From positions 1,441 to 65,440 of the forward strand of contig JAANOX010000140.1 in NCBI GenBank assembly GCA_020184695.1: DNA of 64,000 nt, given 5' to 3'. Each line of letters opens with the position of its first letter. The stretch's first letter is position 1. Shown here piece after piece: positions 1 through 11,759 of the stretch. The notes beneath the pieces are model-generated. The model was not told the DNA's origin. It saw nothing but the letters and a program-made list of their open reading frames with translations, and did no database searches. Source of the DNA: Histomonas meleagridis 2922-C6/04-290x. Lineage: Eukaryota; Protista; Parabasalia. The translations under genes and the position numbers were made by a program.

Positions 1-1171
1 AAAATACGGTTTCTGCTTTGAAAGTTGAAATGTTGGTTAATTTCAAAGCATCGAAAAAGAGCGGTTTTTGTTTGTGTTTTCCGGCCAATTTATAGAAAAA
101 AAGTGCATTTCTTTATTTTTTTTCAATGAGATTTGTGTACAATTTTGATTCCCATTCAAACAAAATTCAGAGCAAGAACGTTACACACCATCTTTTATAT
201 GTCATCGTCTTGTTAATGGTCAAAATTTGAGTTAACGGTTGGGTATTTTTTTATTAACCAAAGATTTCGTTCTTCGCATTCAATTTAGTCTCCATCAAAT
301 TGAATCACTTTTTTTCCATATCATTTTATAATCCTATGAAGCCAGATATCTACACAAAAAAGTGTGTATTTACAAAAACCCTGAGGAAAAGTGCCTTTCG
401 ACCGTTAAAAAGGAAGAATCTATAAGATTAAGTTTTTCAGTTCGTCACTCGATTTGATATTTACTCATACAATGTACTTCTATGTAATTTGATCAGCATA
501 TGAATTGAGTATGTTTGTTTGGGAGATAGGCGGTTTTTGATAACACAAAGAGAGAAACTTTGAATAAATCTGGATATAATAATATTTTATATTTTAAATA
601 ATTATCGAATACATTAAGTTATTTAAAAATATTATAACATTATAATTATAGAATTATACAAATTTGTTACATCTTTCATATTAAATTTCATGATTATCAT
701 TGTCTTCATTTTGCTTCATCTTTAAATTCATAAAAACAACTTTAAATACTGTTGTACTTCGGGGATACTTGTATTGTTTTTAATGACAAAAGTGTGCACA
801 CGTGGCCTGAGTTCTAATGGACTCGTTCAGGGGCTGATTCTGATTCTGTTGGTGATGATTCATTTAATGTCTTGAAAATTTTAACCATTTTTTGTGATAA
901 CCTTTAAAGGGAAGCTTAACTTGTAAAGCTTTAATTATTTTTGGTTTTTGAGGCAGATTCTCCAATTTTAAACTCTATTTACAGACTTGCTAATTTGAAG
1001 TGGATTTATATCTGTTCGTACCCCTTAAGCAAACATAAATATATTTATATAACATTATAAATTTCGATTGTTGTTATTAAGGAAAGACTCAATTTTAAAT
1101 TGTTTTTTCGTTTACATCTCTTTTATTTCCTCAAACAAAAATCAGAAAACAAAACTTATTCCTTTATACAC

Positions 1172-3422
1172 TTACTTTTTCTTCAAAAGTTCATATGTTT
1201 TATCATATGATGATTCGATTTCAACGCAATTTCCCTTTGGAATGTTCACGATTTCGATTGTTCCGTCTTCTGTTTCTGCTGCAAAATTTGTTTTATCAAT
1301 TACGCCGATGATTTTATATTTCTTCCCATTGTATACAACTTTATCTTGCGGAAGAAAGCCCGAGTCAGCGCAGTGCGTGATGTCGATCCAACACTCTCCG
1401 ACTGCTGTGGCGGCTTTCGTTGGCACGCTGATGCGCCCTGTACAGCAGCTTCGGCTCTGCTTCAAGCGCTGCGCACTCGTTGTTGTCGTGGTACTCAACA
1501 TATATTTGCCCTTCGCTGATGCCGCAAACTTCGCAGTGTCGCTCGTGCACCAAAAGTTCATCGCCGGGAAGAAGCGTTTGGTTAATGAAATCGTTCGTAT
1601 CGACGCTAAGTTCAATATTTCTTCCGTCACTTAATTTTTTGACTCTTTTCCCCGGCTTTGTGATCCTTGCGATAAGTTCATATTTTTCTTTGAAATTTTC
1701 TTCTTCGAAATATCCAACGCCAAAACCGTTTTTCATCAAAAATTCAGTGGAAAAAACCGCCCGTTCCTTACCGTCAACCGTCGAAACTCCCACAAAAAAA
1801 GCGGTTTGACTGTTTGCCCTTATCACGTCGCACGGATAAAGGCCAAATTCGGCGTGCGAACTTTGCGAGAAATCAACAAAAATCGGCCTCCCGCCGATGT
1901 CACTAAAGCAGTCCCCGTAATGCGACATTGACCTGCGTATTTTCATTTCCTCGCTTCCCTTTATCACGCGCAGCAATTCGCCGTCGGACACGAAGAGAAT
2001 TATGTGATCGCTGTCCGCGCTGCCGCTGTACACGCCGACGCCAAACGAGTCGCACGAAACAACGTCGCCAAGCTCGCAGCCTTTGATTGGCTCGACGTTG
2101 TACAGCAAAATGTCTCCGTTTGCGTCAGTTTCTTGTTTCACTGTTACGTTGTTACGCGCAATAAGTTTGTGCGCAGCGTGCAGCTGATGACTGTTCGCGC
2201 GCGAGCACATGCGAATTCAGATGAGTACCGGATCAAAGCGAGCCGCAGCGCGCACGAGAACAGTGCCGCGACCGAGATGCGCGTGCTCAATGACATCGCC
2301 CGATCGAAAGTGTGAAATCTTTGCGAGCGCTTTCGCAGACACGTCGAGTTGCAGATCGCCGCCGCAGCCGAAAGAGAAGTTACGTATGTCAGCGCCGGCG
2401 CGCGACTCGAGGCGCCAATCGAAGAGATACGTCCCAATCGATAAAATGTCCGAAAATTTGATTTCTTGCGTGTACTCATCGAAGTAACACAACTTACTTC
2501 CATCAAATGCTGTCCCAACTATCGTAGCAACGTTATCATTCATATAAATATTTCGTTTTTGGAGACTGAGAAGTGGTCAATCATTGACGGCGAATTAATG
2601 CGAATGTATGAATTTGACGACGGACCAGAAAATGCAATGCTGTAAAGTTCGCCGCACGAAAGAATAAGAAGTAATTCATCACTGAATACGCCGATTTGTG
2701 TAATAGGCCGATGGAACATAGGGAAATCATATGTAAACTGTTCGCGAGCCCCAACGTGCATGTGCACAATGTTGTGATACGAGTCAATTCCAATGATTCG
2801 CTCATGAGAATTATAAACTTCGCGAACAGAACTACTTAAAAATGATGAAACGAGATACAAATCGCCGCATGCAAGTAACTTATTGCCTGCAACTGGCTCT
2901 GTGCTGTAGAGGCGATTGTCGCTGAGAAGAAGTATGTATTGAGATGCCGTCGAATGAACTGATTTGATGGTTTTACCTGTGGGAAGTTTGTACTCTTTCG
3001 TGTTTGTAAGTGTAAAATAAACAGTGGCACTGGCCCCAGCTCCAACAAGAAGTGCATGGAAACACTTATGTCAATAACATTAGTTTGATTAAGGGGAATA
3101 ATAGTCTCTGAATAGCCTTGGCCACAGACATACACACAACCATCTTGTGTTAAAATCGCAAATAATTTACTTGAAATGAAACTTTTTGATGAGCTTTGTT
3201 TTTTTAATAAGGGGAATGAATAGATTGATATGAATAACTCTTATTTTTGGTAAATTTAGGTTCGCCATTTAAAAGAATATCACCACTACTTGTTAAAAAA
3301 ATTTGATATGTTTTTGTTGAAAATCGATCTACAATATCTTTATCACATAGCTCGTCACATCTTTTGAATTCTTGCTTTGTTATCTCTTTGACATTTTCTG
3401 CTTTTAGTGAGAAAACTTTCAT
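1172..3422 (-). CDS. RCC1/BLIP-II-like propeller plus repeated 'xGD-V' module protein, left copy (frameshifted, 124-bp internal deletion)
   Basis: ORF fragments 3204-3422, 2836-3135, 2540-2860, 2217-2543, 1365-2210 and 1172-1630 tile the 59000-61379 protein. A deletion junction lies at 2541/2542. Confidence 0.6.
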
Positions 3423-3628
3423 TCTTCAAATTGGAAAAGTTACACAAAACCGTTTAAAAACGTTCTCCAAAAAACAAAAACAAAATTCGCACTTCTATTT
3501 TACTAACAAAAAAGTGTTCGCTCAGAAGAATTTGATAAAATTCTTCTTCAATTTCTTAATAAGAATTTGATGTATTCTTTAATGTAGTTTGGAAATTGTT
3601 TTCGTTAATATTATCATTCTTTGCTATG

Positions 3629-6600
3629 TTACATTTCTTTGTTAACATTCGTTTCTTCCTTATGTAAAGTTCCTTTTTCTTTACTTTCGATTTCATTACG
3701 TAAATTTGTTTCTTCGTTATCATTGTATGAATTTGTTTTGTTATGTATTTCATTCATATTTGCTATAACATTATTATAATTCGCTTTTTCATTATTTGCA
3801 TTTGCTTCTTCGCTGTTTGTAATTGCTTTGTGTTTGTTTTCTGTTGTTTCATCTTCACGCACTTCATTGGCATTCACTTCTTCTTCGTTTTCTGTTTCAT
3901 TTTTTGTATTTGTTTCTTTACTGTTAACATTTGCTTTACTATTTACTTCTGTCTCTTCGTTATATTCAGTTGTTTCTTTACTATGTTCTGTTCTATTTTT
4001 TGGTGTTTCATCTTCGTTATTACGCTCTATTTCATCAATAGAATTTGTTTCTTCGCCATTTTCTTTGTATTTATCTTTTTCATTTTCTACTTCATTCCTT
4101 ATAATTGTTTCTTCTTTATCATTTGCGTCTCCACTGTTTATGTTTGCTTTCTCATTATTTGATTTTGTTTCTTCTTTATTTATATCTGCGCTTTCGTTAT
4201 GTTCTATTTCATTGACTTCTATATCTGTTTCATTGTTTGTTTCTTCACTTTTTACTATGATTTCGCTGTTTATTTCGTGAACATTCGCATTGTCATAATT
4301 TTCATTTTGTTTCTTCACTATGTTCTGTTTGTTTGTTTACATTTTTAATATTTGCATTATCGTTTTCTTCGTTATCCGTTTCATTATTCGAATTTGTATC
4401 TGTTTCTTCGTTATGTTCATTTTCCTCTTCACTTACTTCGTTAACATTTACATTATCATTCGCTTCTTCATTATTTATAATCGCATTATCAGTACTATTC
4501 GCCTTCTCTTTGTTTACTGTATCTTCATTTTCGTTTTCTTCTTCGTTATTAATATTATCAATGCTTATACTTACATTGTTATTAGCAATATTTGTTTCTT
4601 CATTATATTCTGTTTCTTCATTTACATTTGCTTCTTCTTTTACATTTATTTCTTCATTTACATTTGCTTCTTCTTTTACATTTATTTCTTCATTTACATT
4701 TGCTTCTTCTTTTACATTTATTTCTTCATTTACATTTGTTTCTTCTTTTGCATTTATTTCTTCATTTACATTTGTTTCTTCTTTTACATTTATTTCTTCA
4801 TTTACATTTGCTTCTTCTTTTGCATTTATTTCTTCATTTACATTTGTTTCTTCTTTTGCATTTATTTCTTCATTTACATTTGCTTCTTCTTTTGCATTTA
4901 TTTCTTCATTTACATTTGTTTCTTCTTTTACATTTATTTCTTCATTTACATTTGTTTCTTCTTTTTACATTTATTTCTTCATTTACATTTGTTTCTTCTT
5001 TTGCATTTATTTCTTCTTTTTATTTTTTCTTCTTTTACATTTTTTTCTTCATTTACATTTTGTTTCTTCTTCTTTTACATTTTTTTCTTCATTTTCATTT
5101 TTTTCTTCTTTTTCTTTTATTTCTTCATTTACATTTGTTTCTTCTTTTACATTTATTTCTTCATTTACATTTGTTTCTTCTTTTACATTTATTTCTTCAT
5201 TTACATTTGCTTCTTCTTTTACATTTATTTCTTCATTTACATTTGTTTCTTCTTTTGCATTTATTTCTTCATTTACATTTGTTTCTTCTTTTACATTTAT
5301 TTCTTCATTTACATTTGTTTCTTCTTTTACATTTATTTCTTCATTTACATTTGTTTCTTCTTTTGCATTTATTTCTTCATTTACATTTGTTTCTTCTTTT
5401 ACATTTATTTCTTCATTTACATTTGTTTCTTCTTTTACATTTATTTCTTCATTTACATTTGCTTCTTCTTTTGCATTTATTTCTTCATTTACATTTGTTT
5501 CTTCTTTTACATTTATTTCTTCATTTACATTTGTTTCTTCTTTTACATTTATTTCTTCATTTACATTTGCTTCTTCTTTTGCATTTATTTCTTCATTTAC
5601 ATTTGTTTCTTCTTTTACATTTATTTCTTCATTTACATTTGTTTCTTCTTTTGCATTTATTTCTTCATTTACATTTGTTTCTTCTTTTGCATTTATTTCT
5701 TCATTTACATTTGCTTCTTCTTTTACATTTATTTCTTCATTTACATTTGTTTCTTCTTTTACATTTATTTCTTCATTTACATTTGCTTCTTCATTGTGTT
5801 CTTTTGTTTCTTCATTTGTATTTGTTTCTTCATTATGTTCTGTTTCTTCACTTGTTTCGTTGATGTTTATATTTTCAATATTATCCATTTCATTATTTAT
5901 GTTAACAATAATATTATTAAGAAGTTCAAGATTTGGAATCAAAAATGCTGTTCTCATCATTCTTTTCACTACTTTTCCAAATTGTTGTACATCATTTGAA
6001 TCGTTTCGTCAATTTCGGATGACGTTGGTGAGTGAAACAAATCATTAACTGATGACAAATGAAAATTCGATGAAAAAATTCCGTTTTCATTAATTTCGAT
6101 ATTTTTCCCAATTTCGATTTTAAGTTTATCAAATATGAAACTCAAGCAAAGTCTCATCCATGAGTTCGGGCGTGAATCGTTATGACCGCCTTTCATTAAA
6201 AATATCGTTTTGTCTTCTGCTGCGCATGAATTGTATAATTGTAATGCATGATAAAAAGGAATAAAATTATCATCTTCCGAGTGTCCAATGATCGTTGGCG
6301 TGTTCGATTTACGAACTGATTCGAGCGGACTAACGTCATAAACATCGAAACCCGCAATTTTAAGAATGCGACTACGAAGATACCACGTGGCCATGCCTAC
6401 GAATGCGCGCGGGAAATTAACTGTTGCCGCACCGTCACGAAATAGTTCTGGTAATGAAAAGAAATGATGAGTCGCTAATTACGCCTGAAAGAAATGGCGA
6501 CTTAACAAGAAGCGCCGAACTTGCACCCATAGAACGTCCCCATAAAACAAACGACTGAATGTCAAATGTTTGGTTAAGACGTCCCATCAAAAATTCGATG

Positions 6601-6971
6601 TCTTGTTTTTCGAAATAACCTAAAGAAACATATTCTCCTTCACTATTACCACATCCTGCAAAATCAAAACAAAACAAATAAATGTCTTTGACGCATATAT
6701 TTGGTATCAAAAATTGTCCTTCTAACTGACTTGAAACGTTTCCATGAAGATAAATAACACACTTACTACTATTCATCGGATCTGATTCAATACTATGATA
6801 AAGTGACCCAACAATTTCTTGGTTTCGTGAATTAACAAAAGAAATTGGAATTCGTAAAAAACGTTTGTCTCCTGACTCGAAAACCAATGGAATATCTTCA
6901 AGATTATAATGTTGACGTGGTGGACGAATGACGGCGTTGATCGCTATTTGGATCAAGTTTGTGCTCGCCAT
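3629..6971 (-). CDS. Alpha/beta-hydrolase (ABHD/S9-like) with long acidic Asn/Glu repeat tail, left copy (~1100 aa, frameshifted)
   Basis: Motifs YLHGN, FDFAGCGNSEG, nucleophile WGRSMG, HSEDDNFIP and GGHN give a Ser-Asp-His triad. ATG at 6971. The tail is EETNVNEEINVK repeats followed by an E/N-rich region ending KEM*. Confidence 0.85.
4620..5790 (-). repeat. Coding tandem repeat, 36-bp unit (two 18-bp halves) encoding EE(T/A)NVNEEIN(V/A)K
   Basis: Unit gaagaaacaaatgtaaatgaagaaataaatgtaaaa repeated about 30 times on the minus strand. Confidence 0.95.
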
Positions 6972-7025
6972 TTGCACAAAGAGTTGATATTTCTGTGTTG
7001 AACGATTAAAAAGTCACTTTTTGGT

Positions 7026-7033
7026 TAACGGTC
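7026..7033 (-). promoter_or_regulatory. M3-like element upstream of the hydrolase
   Basis: GACCGTTA on the minus strand about 55 nt before ATG 6971. Confidence 0.4.
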
Positions 7034-7139
7034 CCCATTTTTTAAAATCTTGTAAAAATTTAATAAAGAAAAACAAATCTTTGATTTATTAATATTAAAA
7101 TTATATTGAACATTTTATTCAGTAAAATCCTTATCGTTG

Positions 7140-7685
7140 TTATTGTGATAACGCTGAAAATTTCCAATTTCCTTCCATTTCTTCAACTGAAACAAAATTT
7201 AATGAAAGTGGTTTAATAAATTCTTTAGATATTGTTGGAATAACTTTGTACCCAAAATGAAGAAGTGCACCTGCGAAAATTCCTTCCATAAAATGTTTAT
7301 ATGCGTTATACCAAAAAATATATTGTTCGCCTGGTGATGATGAACTAACTGAAAGTGAATTAAACCAATCTGGCGGAGTGTCATAAGTAAATGTTAATGT
7401 TTTGTTAATCGACTTTTGTGAAATTTGATACTTACATTCAATGTCAAATAATGTTTTAGAGAATATCGTAGAAAGGAAAATACATATCTCTTCTAAGGTA
7501 GTGCCTTCCATAGGCATGTTTCGACAAAGTTGTGAAACCATTGCAAAACCTGGATGTTTCGCAAAATTATAAATATGAAGATTAATATGAATTCGATTGT
7601 CTGTAATCCCATCAAACTTTTTTGCAATCTCTCTAACTGCTTCATTAACAAGTAATTGAGGAAATGGATTTCTTTCTCTTTTCAT
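7140..7685 (-). CDS. TRAPP complex Bet3-family subunit, Trs33/TRAPPC6-like, left copy (intact)
   Basis: 181 aa from MKRERNPF. Pattern GFAMVSQL...LEEICIFLSTIFSKTLF...FMEGIFAGALLHFG resembles TRAPPC6 GxRxxERL...LDIIKFICKDFW..F...FTCGLIRGAL..LG. Confidence 0.6.
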   Translation of the reverse strand: MKRERNPFPQLLVNEAVREIAKKFDGITDNRIHINLHIYNFAKHPGFAMVSQLCRNMPMEGTTLEEICIFLSTIFSKTLFDIECKYQISQKSINKTLTFTYDTPPDWFNSLSVSSSSPGEQYIFWYNAYKHFMEGIFAGALLHFGYKVIPTISKEFIKPLSLNFVSVEEMEGNWKFSALSQ

Positions 7686-7872
7686 ATGAAAAAGTGTCAA
7701 TAATAATTCCATGAAACCGTTAAAATTATCTTTATAAAAAAATCAATTTTTATAAAATAATTATCATTATTTTAAACATAATTTTAGTCTCAAAATTTCT
7801 TTCATTTAAAGAATATACTTTATTTTAATTTGGAATTAACTTTGTTTTTTGAAGTTAATTTTTTCTTCATTA

Positions 7873-7880
7873 AACGGTTT
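7873..7880 (+). promoter_or_regulatory. M3-like (DRCSGYTD, Myb-type) core promoter element upstream of Vps16
   Basis: AACGGTTT about 45 nt before ATG 7926. The consensus is recalled from Trichomonas vaginalis. Confidence 0.5.
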
Positions 7881-7925
7881 CTTCATATAACATTTATATC
7901 AAACAAACATTCAGAAAACAACAAA

Positions 7926-10291
7926 ATGTTTGAATCTCTTTTCGACAATTGGATTACAATAGGTGATTATAAACTTGAACTTATTAAACTTAGTGATTTT
8001 GAAGATTCTGATTATTTACGATCTAACAAACATTATTACTTTTATTGTGGAGGACCAATTATTAATTATTCTTCACATGATTCACGATTTTTAAATTTCC
8101 TTTCTAATAGTGGTAAACCCATTTCACATCCTATTCAGTTTAAGAGAGCAGAATTTGCGAATACGATTTTTGGTTTTCCAGATGGTCATTTATTTTTTTT
8201 ATCATATGATGGTAATATCAGTATTACAGATACACAAGGGAATATTGTTGATGAGATACCATCTCTTAATAATAAAACTATTTTATGTTCACATGTTACA
8301 AGTAAAGGTTATGTTTATATTAAAGATGATCATTATCTTAACTGTTACAAAGGACTTATTAATCCATCGCATTTTTCATATCAATTAATTGTTGATAGTG
8401 ATCCATGTTTTGTTAGTTTAATTAATGATGATCCATTTACTACAGTCATTGTCACCACGAACAATAACATTTACTTAAGTACGCCGAATGGTATTGTTCA
8501 ACTAAAACATATAAATGAGAAAATCACGAATATTAGTGCGCCATTCAAAGGTAATTACATTGGCGTTATTTGCGACACCACAGTATACTTTATTTCGAGC
8601 GATGTCAATGATACGTCAGATCCAATAATTCTTTATAATGTTTCGTCACCATTTGGATGGATACAAAATAATATATTTATGTATTCGAATGAACGCACAT
8701 TACAATTAATTATCCCGAAAACTAATTTTCATATTACATTAAATGTGTTTCAAATTCTTGACATATTCGAAGACATTGAATACGTTCGAATTTACGCGCG
8801 CTCTGGCTGTTATATTCTTCGTCCTGTGCCGACATCGATTATATCATTGACGACAGATCGACTTTCATCGTCAATTAAGAAGTTAACAGATTCATATTCA
8901 TTATATCTCAAGCGGAACATTGAAAGTTATAATTTATTACAAGTGCTTAAAGGGGAATGTTGAAAATTTAGTTCTTTTTTATTATTAGATGCAGCGCGCG
9001 ATTGTCTCGACATTGACAACCAAAAAAATATTTGCTCGAGTCTTGCGTGCTACGGCCGCTATTCGTATGAATGTAAGAACGTCAAAGAGTACACAGAAAC
9101 ATTACGAAACTTACGATTAATTAACACATTAAATTCTCCTGAATATGGATTTGCGCTTACGCCAGACATAATGATAAATCACATTTCAGACGTATTTTCT
9201 AGTGTTATGGAATTACATTATTATCAATTAGCTATCGAGTTATGTAAAATATTTCAATTTGATATCACTAATGTTATTGAGCATTGGTCCATTAATATGT
9301 TTTCTAAATTTGGCGACTCAGCACTTAATACGATACTTTCGCGTTGTTCTAAATATGATACTATTAATTATTATAAAATCGGTGAATCAGCTAAAAACTT
9401 TCACTTAATTTTTCGTACCATTTATACTATTGCGCAAACGTATTAATTTGCCCTAAAGAAAAGAATTCAATTTATGTATTCATTTGATAGAGAATCCACG
9501 TTAAATATGGTATTGCACATATTTGATGGCGATTCAATTATTACATATTTGATGCTACTTGATAAACAAGAACGCGAAAGATTCGTTGAAAGAATATCCG
9601 CAATTTCTTGAACAATATTTATCATATAAGAAATATCAAATTGCGGAAGAAATTGCACAAAAATCGAACGAACAATCGAAACTTCCAGAAATACAAATTT
9701 GCGAAGCCTTATTCGGCCGGTTCTTGCAGTCTTCTTTATAGCTGTGACCATTCGCAGTTTGGTAAATCAATTTCATCGCTTGAATATTCGGAGAATTTCT
9801 TTGATAAAAAGTCGACATTTAATAATATATTAACATCGCATAAGAAATTATTACAAATTGCGCGTAAATATAAGATAAACGTTGAACAATTTAAAAATGT
9901 TACTCCGCGTGAGTTACTTATACATTCCATAATGAATAAAGATGAAAAACTCGAAAAAGAAATTGTTAAAAGTTTTGGATTTAGTTCCAAAATTGTAACA
10001 TATAACAAACTTGACACATTTGCCCGGAATAAAATGTGGAACGAACTCGACGAATTTACGCGTATTCCAAATCCGGAAGTCGGATGGGACATATTTGCGT
10101 CGGTTTGTTTGGAGTACAATGAAATTGATCACGCGCTGAAATTCATTTCATTAATTAAAGATAAAAAGCGTCAAATGGAAGTGTTTGTTCGTCATGGATT
10201 GTTTTCACAAGCAGCAAAAATTGCGCGCGAATTAGGTTTGAATGATTTAGCTAAAGATTATGATAAAAAAGGAAAAGCAGCAACTGTATAA
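7926..10291 (+). CDS. VPS16: Vps16-family HOPS/CORVET subunit, left copy (frameshifted)
   Basis: Motifs LLDAARD..QKYLLSLACYG, LRNLRLINTL, LAIELC..VIEHWS, INYYKIG and C-terminal KMWNELDEF..EVGWDIFASVC match Vps16_N/Vps16_C patterns. About 790 aa when reconstructed. Confidence 0.82.
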
Positions 10292-10374
10292 TAATAATAA
10301 TAAATTTTTTATGGATCAAAACTTTGTTCTATTTAAATAAAAGAAATTATTAAAATTTTATTTTTAATATATTA

Positions 10375-11443
10375 TTAATTACTTAAAAGATTAAAAAAGA
10401 ATTCGCATTCAATTTGTGATTCTTCTTTAAGATCCGTACAATGTACTGCATTCTGAATGTTATTTATCCCATAAAGTGCACGAATTGATTGTGGACGAAT
10501 TGCTTTCGCAATCGAAACATCTCGTGGCCCACATATTTCTCGTAATGAATTAACTGCATCTTCTTTATATAATTCAAGCGCTAAAATTGGACCTGACGCT
10601 AAATCTCTCGAAATTTCATAATAATTATCAACAACGCCTCGATATATCTCAAAGAATTCGCTCGCTTCTTCAATATTAAATGTCGTCATCATCGCACCAA
10701 CAATTTCAAATCCATTTTTAAGAATTTGTTGAATTATTTTACCTGAAACTCCTGATTTGATTGCATGTGGTTTAATAAGACATAATGTTGTAGTGCCATC
10801 AATAAGTGATTTTTATTTGAAGATTTCGTTGATTAAATATAATTTCTATTTCATATGTTGATGATGTTAATGTTTCTGATCCATAACAAATTTCATTCCA
10901 AAATTTCCTTTCAATAATTTCTTTCCATTTTAAAATAGAATTATTACCAACAATATCAATAGCAATAATAGAATCTTTCGTAATACTATTCAAAAGATTT
11001 TCAAATGTTTGTTCTTTACGATGTTCTTTTAATAATGAAATTCCAATCTCTTTAGAAATAGAACCAAATTGAAGTTGTGATACTGAAAGACTATTAGAAT
11101 ATATAGAATCTAGAACTTCGCCTAAATATCGTGAATAACCTGATTTGATTATTCCAAGTGTATGTTGCATTTTTTCACTTAAAGATTTTCGTGTAAACTC
11201 ATCTGAAAAATCAATGATTTCATATTGACGTCCATTAATAAGAATTTTACTTCCAATATAAAGGTCACTCATTTTAATATTGTGAATTGGAGTTTTTCGT
11301 AAAAACATTCGTCGATTTTTAACATCATAAATTTCAATTTCTGTTCTTTCTGTATAATATATCAAAATATAATAAAGAGTAAGACCTGATTGTTCATCAA
11401 AATATTGTAACTTAAAGCTATATTTTGGGAAATCTGAATACAT
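10375..11443 (-). CDS. NME7: Nucleoside diphosphate kinase 7 (DM10 + NDK-A + NDK-B), left copy (one frameshift near 10812)
   Basis: DM10 domain (F..QYFDEQSGL..Y.L.YY....IEIYDVKNRRMFLRKT...DLYIGS.I.INGRQYEIIDF). NDK-B motifs TLCLIKPHA, SGPILALEL, GPRDVSIAKAIRPQSIRALYG and NAVHCTD. Confidence 0.92.
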
Positions 11444-11759
11444 TTGAAAAATAATAAAGAAAAGTTAACGTGCATTTTCATATCAAAAGTCATTTTGATG
11501 AATGTGATAAAGAAAATATTTTTTAAACAGTGATAAAGAAAATTACATGTTAACACTTATATCAAAATTAAAAATTAAAACAATTCATAATATTTTACTG
11601 ACTTTGTGAGCTTGGTCCAAAATTATGTACGCGTACATGAAGAGGCTTTAGCTTTTATATGTTAAGAACCTTTGTTGTATTTGATTGAACTTTTCCAATA
11701 TATTTTGTTTCTTTATTGGTAAATTCAAATTATTTATCTTTAGTTACATTTAATTCACT

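Noticed and set aside
1-620. Possible degraded gene or TE in the outermost segment
   Set aside because: Only short ORFs with stops in both arms and no recognisable motif.
1068-2518. Overlapping alternative-frame ORFs in the GC-rich RCC1 region (also 59355-61483)
   Set aside because: These are by-products of high GC and frameshifts, with no independent motifs.
5000-5115. A-rich degenerate patch within the coding repeat (also 57450-57535)
   Set aside because: It lies at different positions in the two arms and looks like base-calling collapse rather than a real repeat variant.
4320-6048. Long F/I/Y/C- and L/H/F-rich ORFs (also 56424-58090)
   Set aside because: They are antisense shadows of the stop-poor EETNVN repeat; the hydrolase strand is the coding one.
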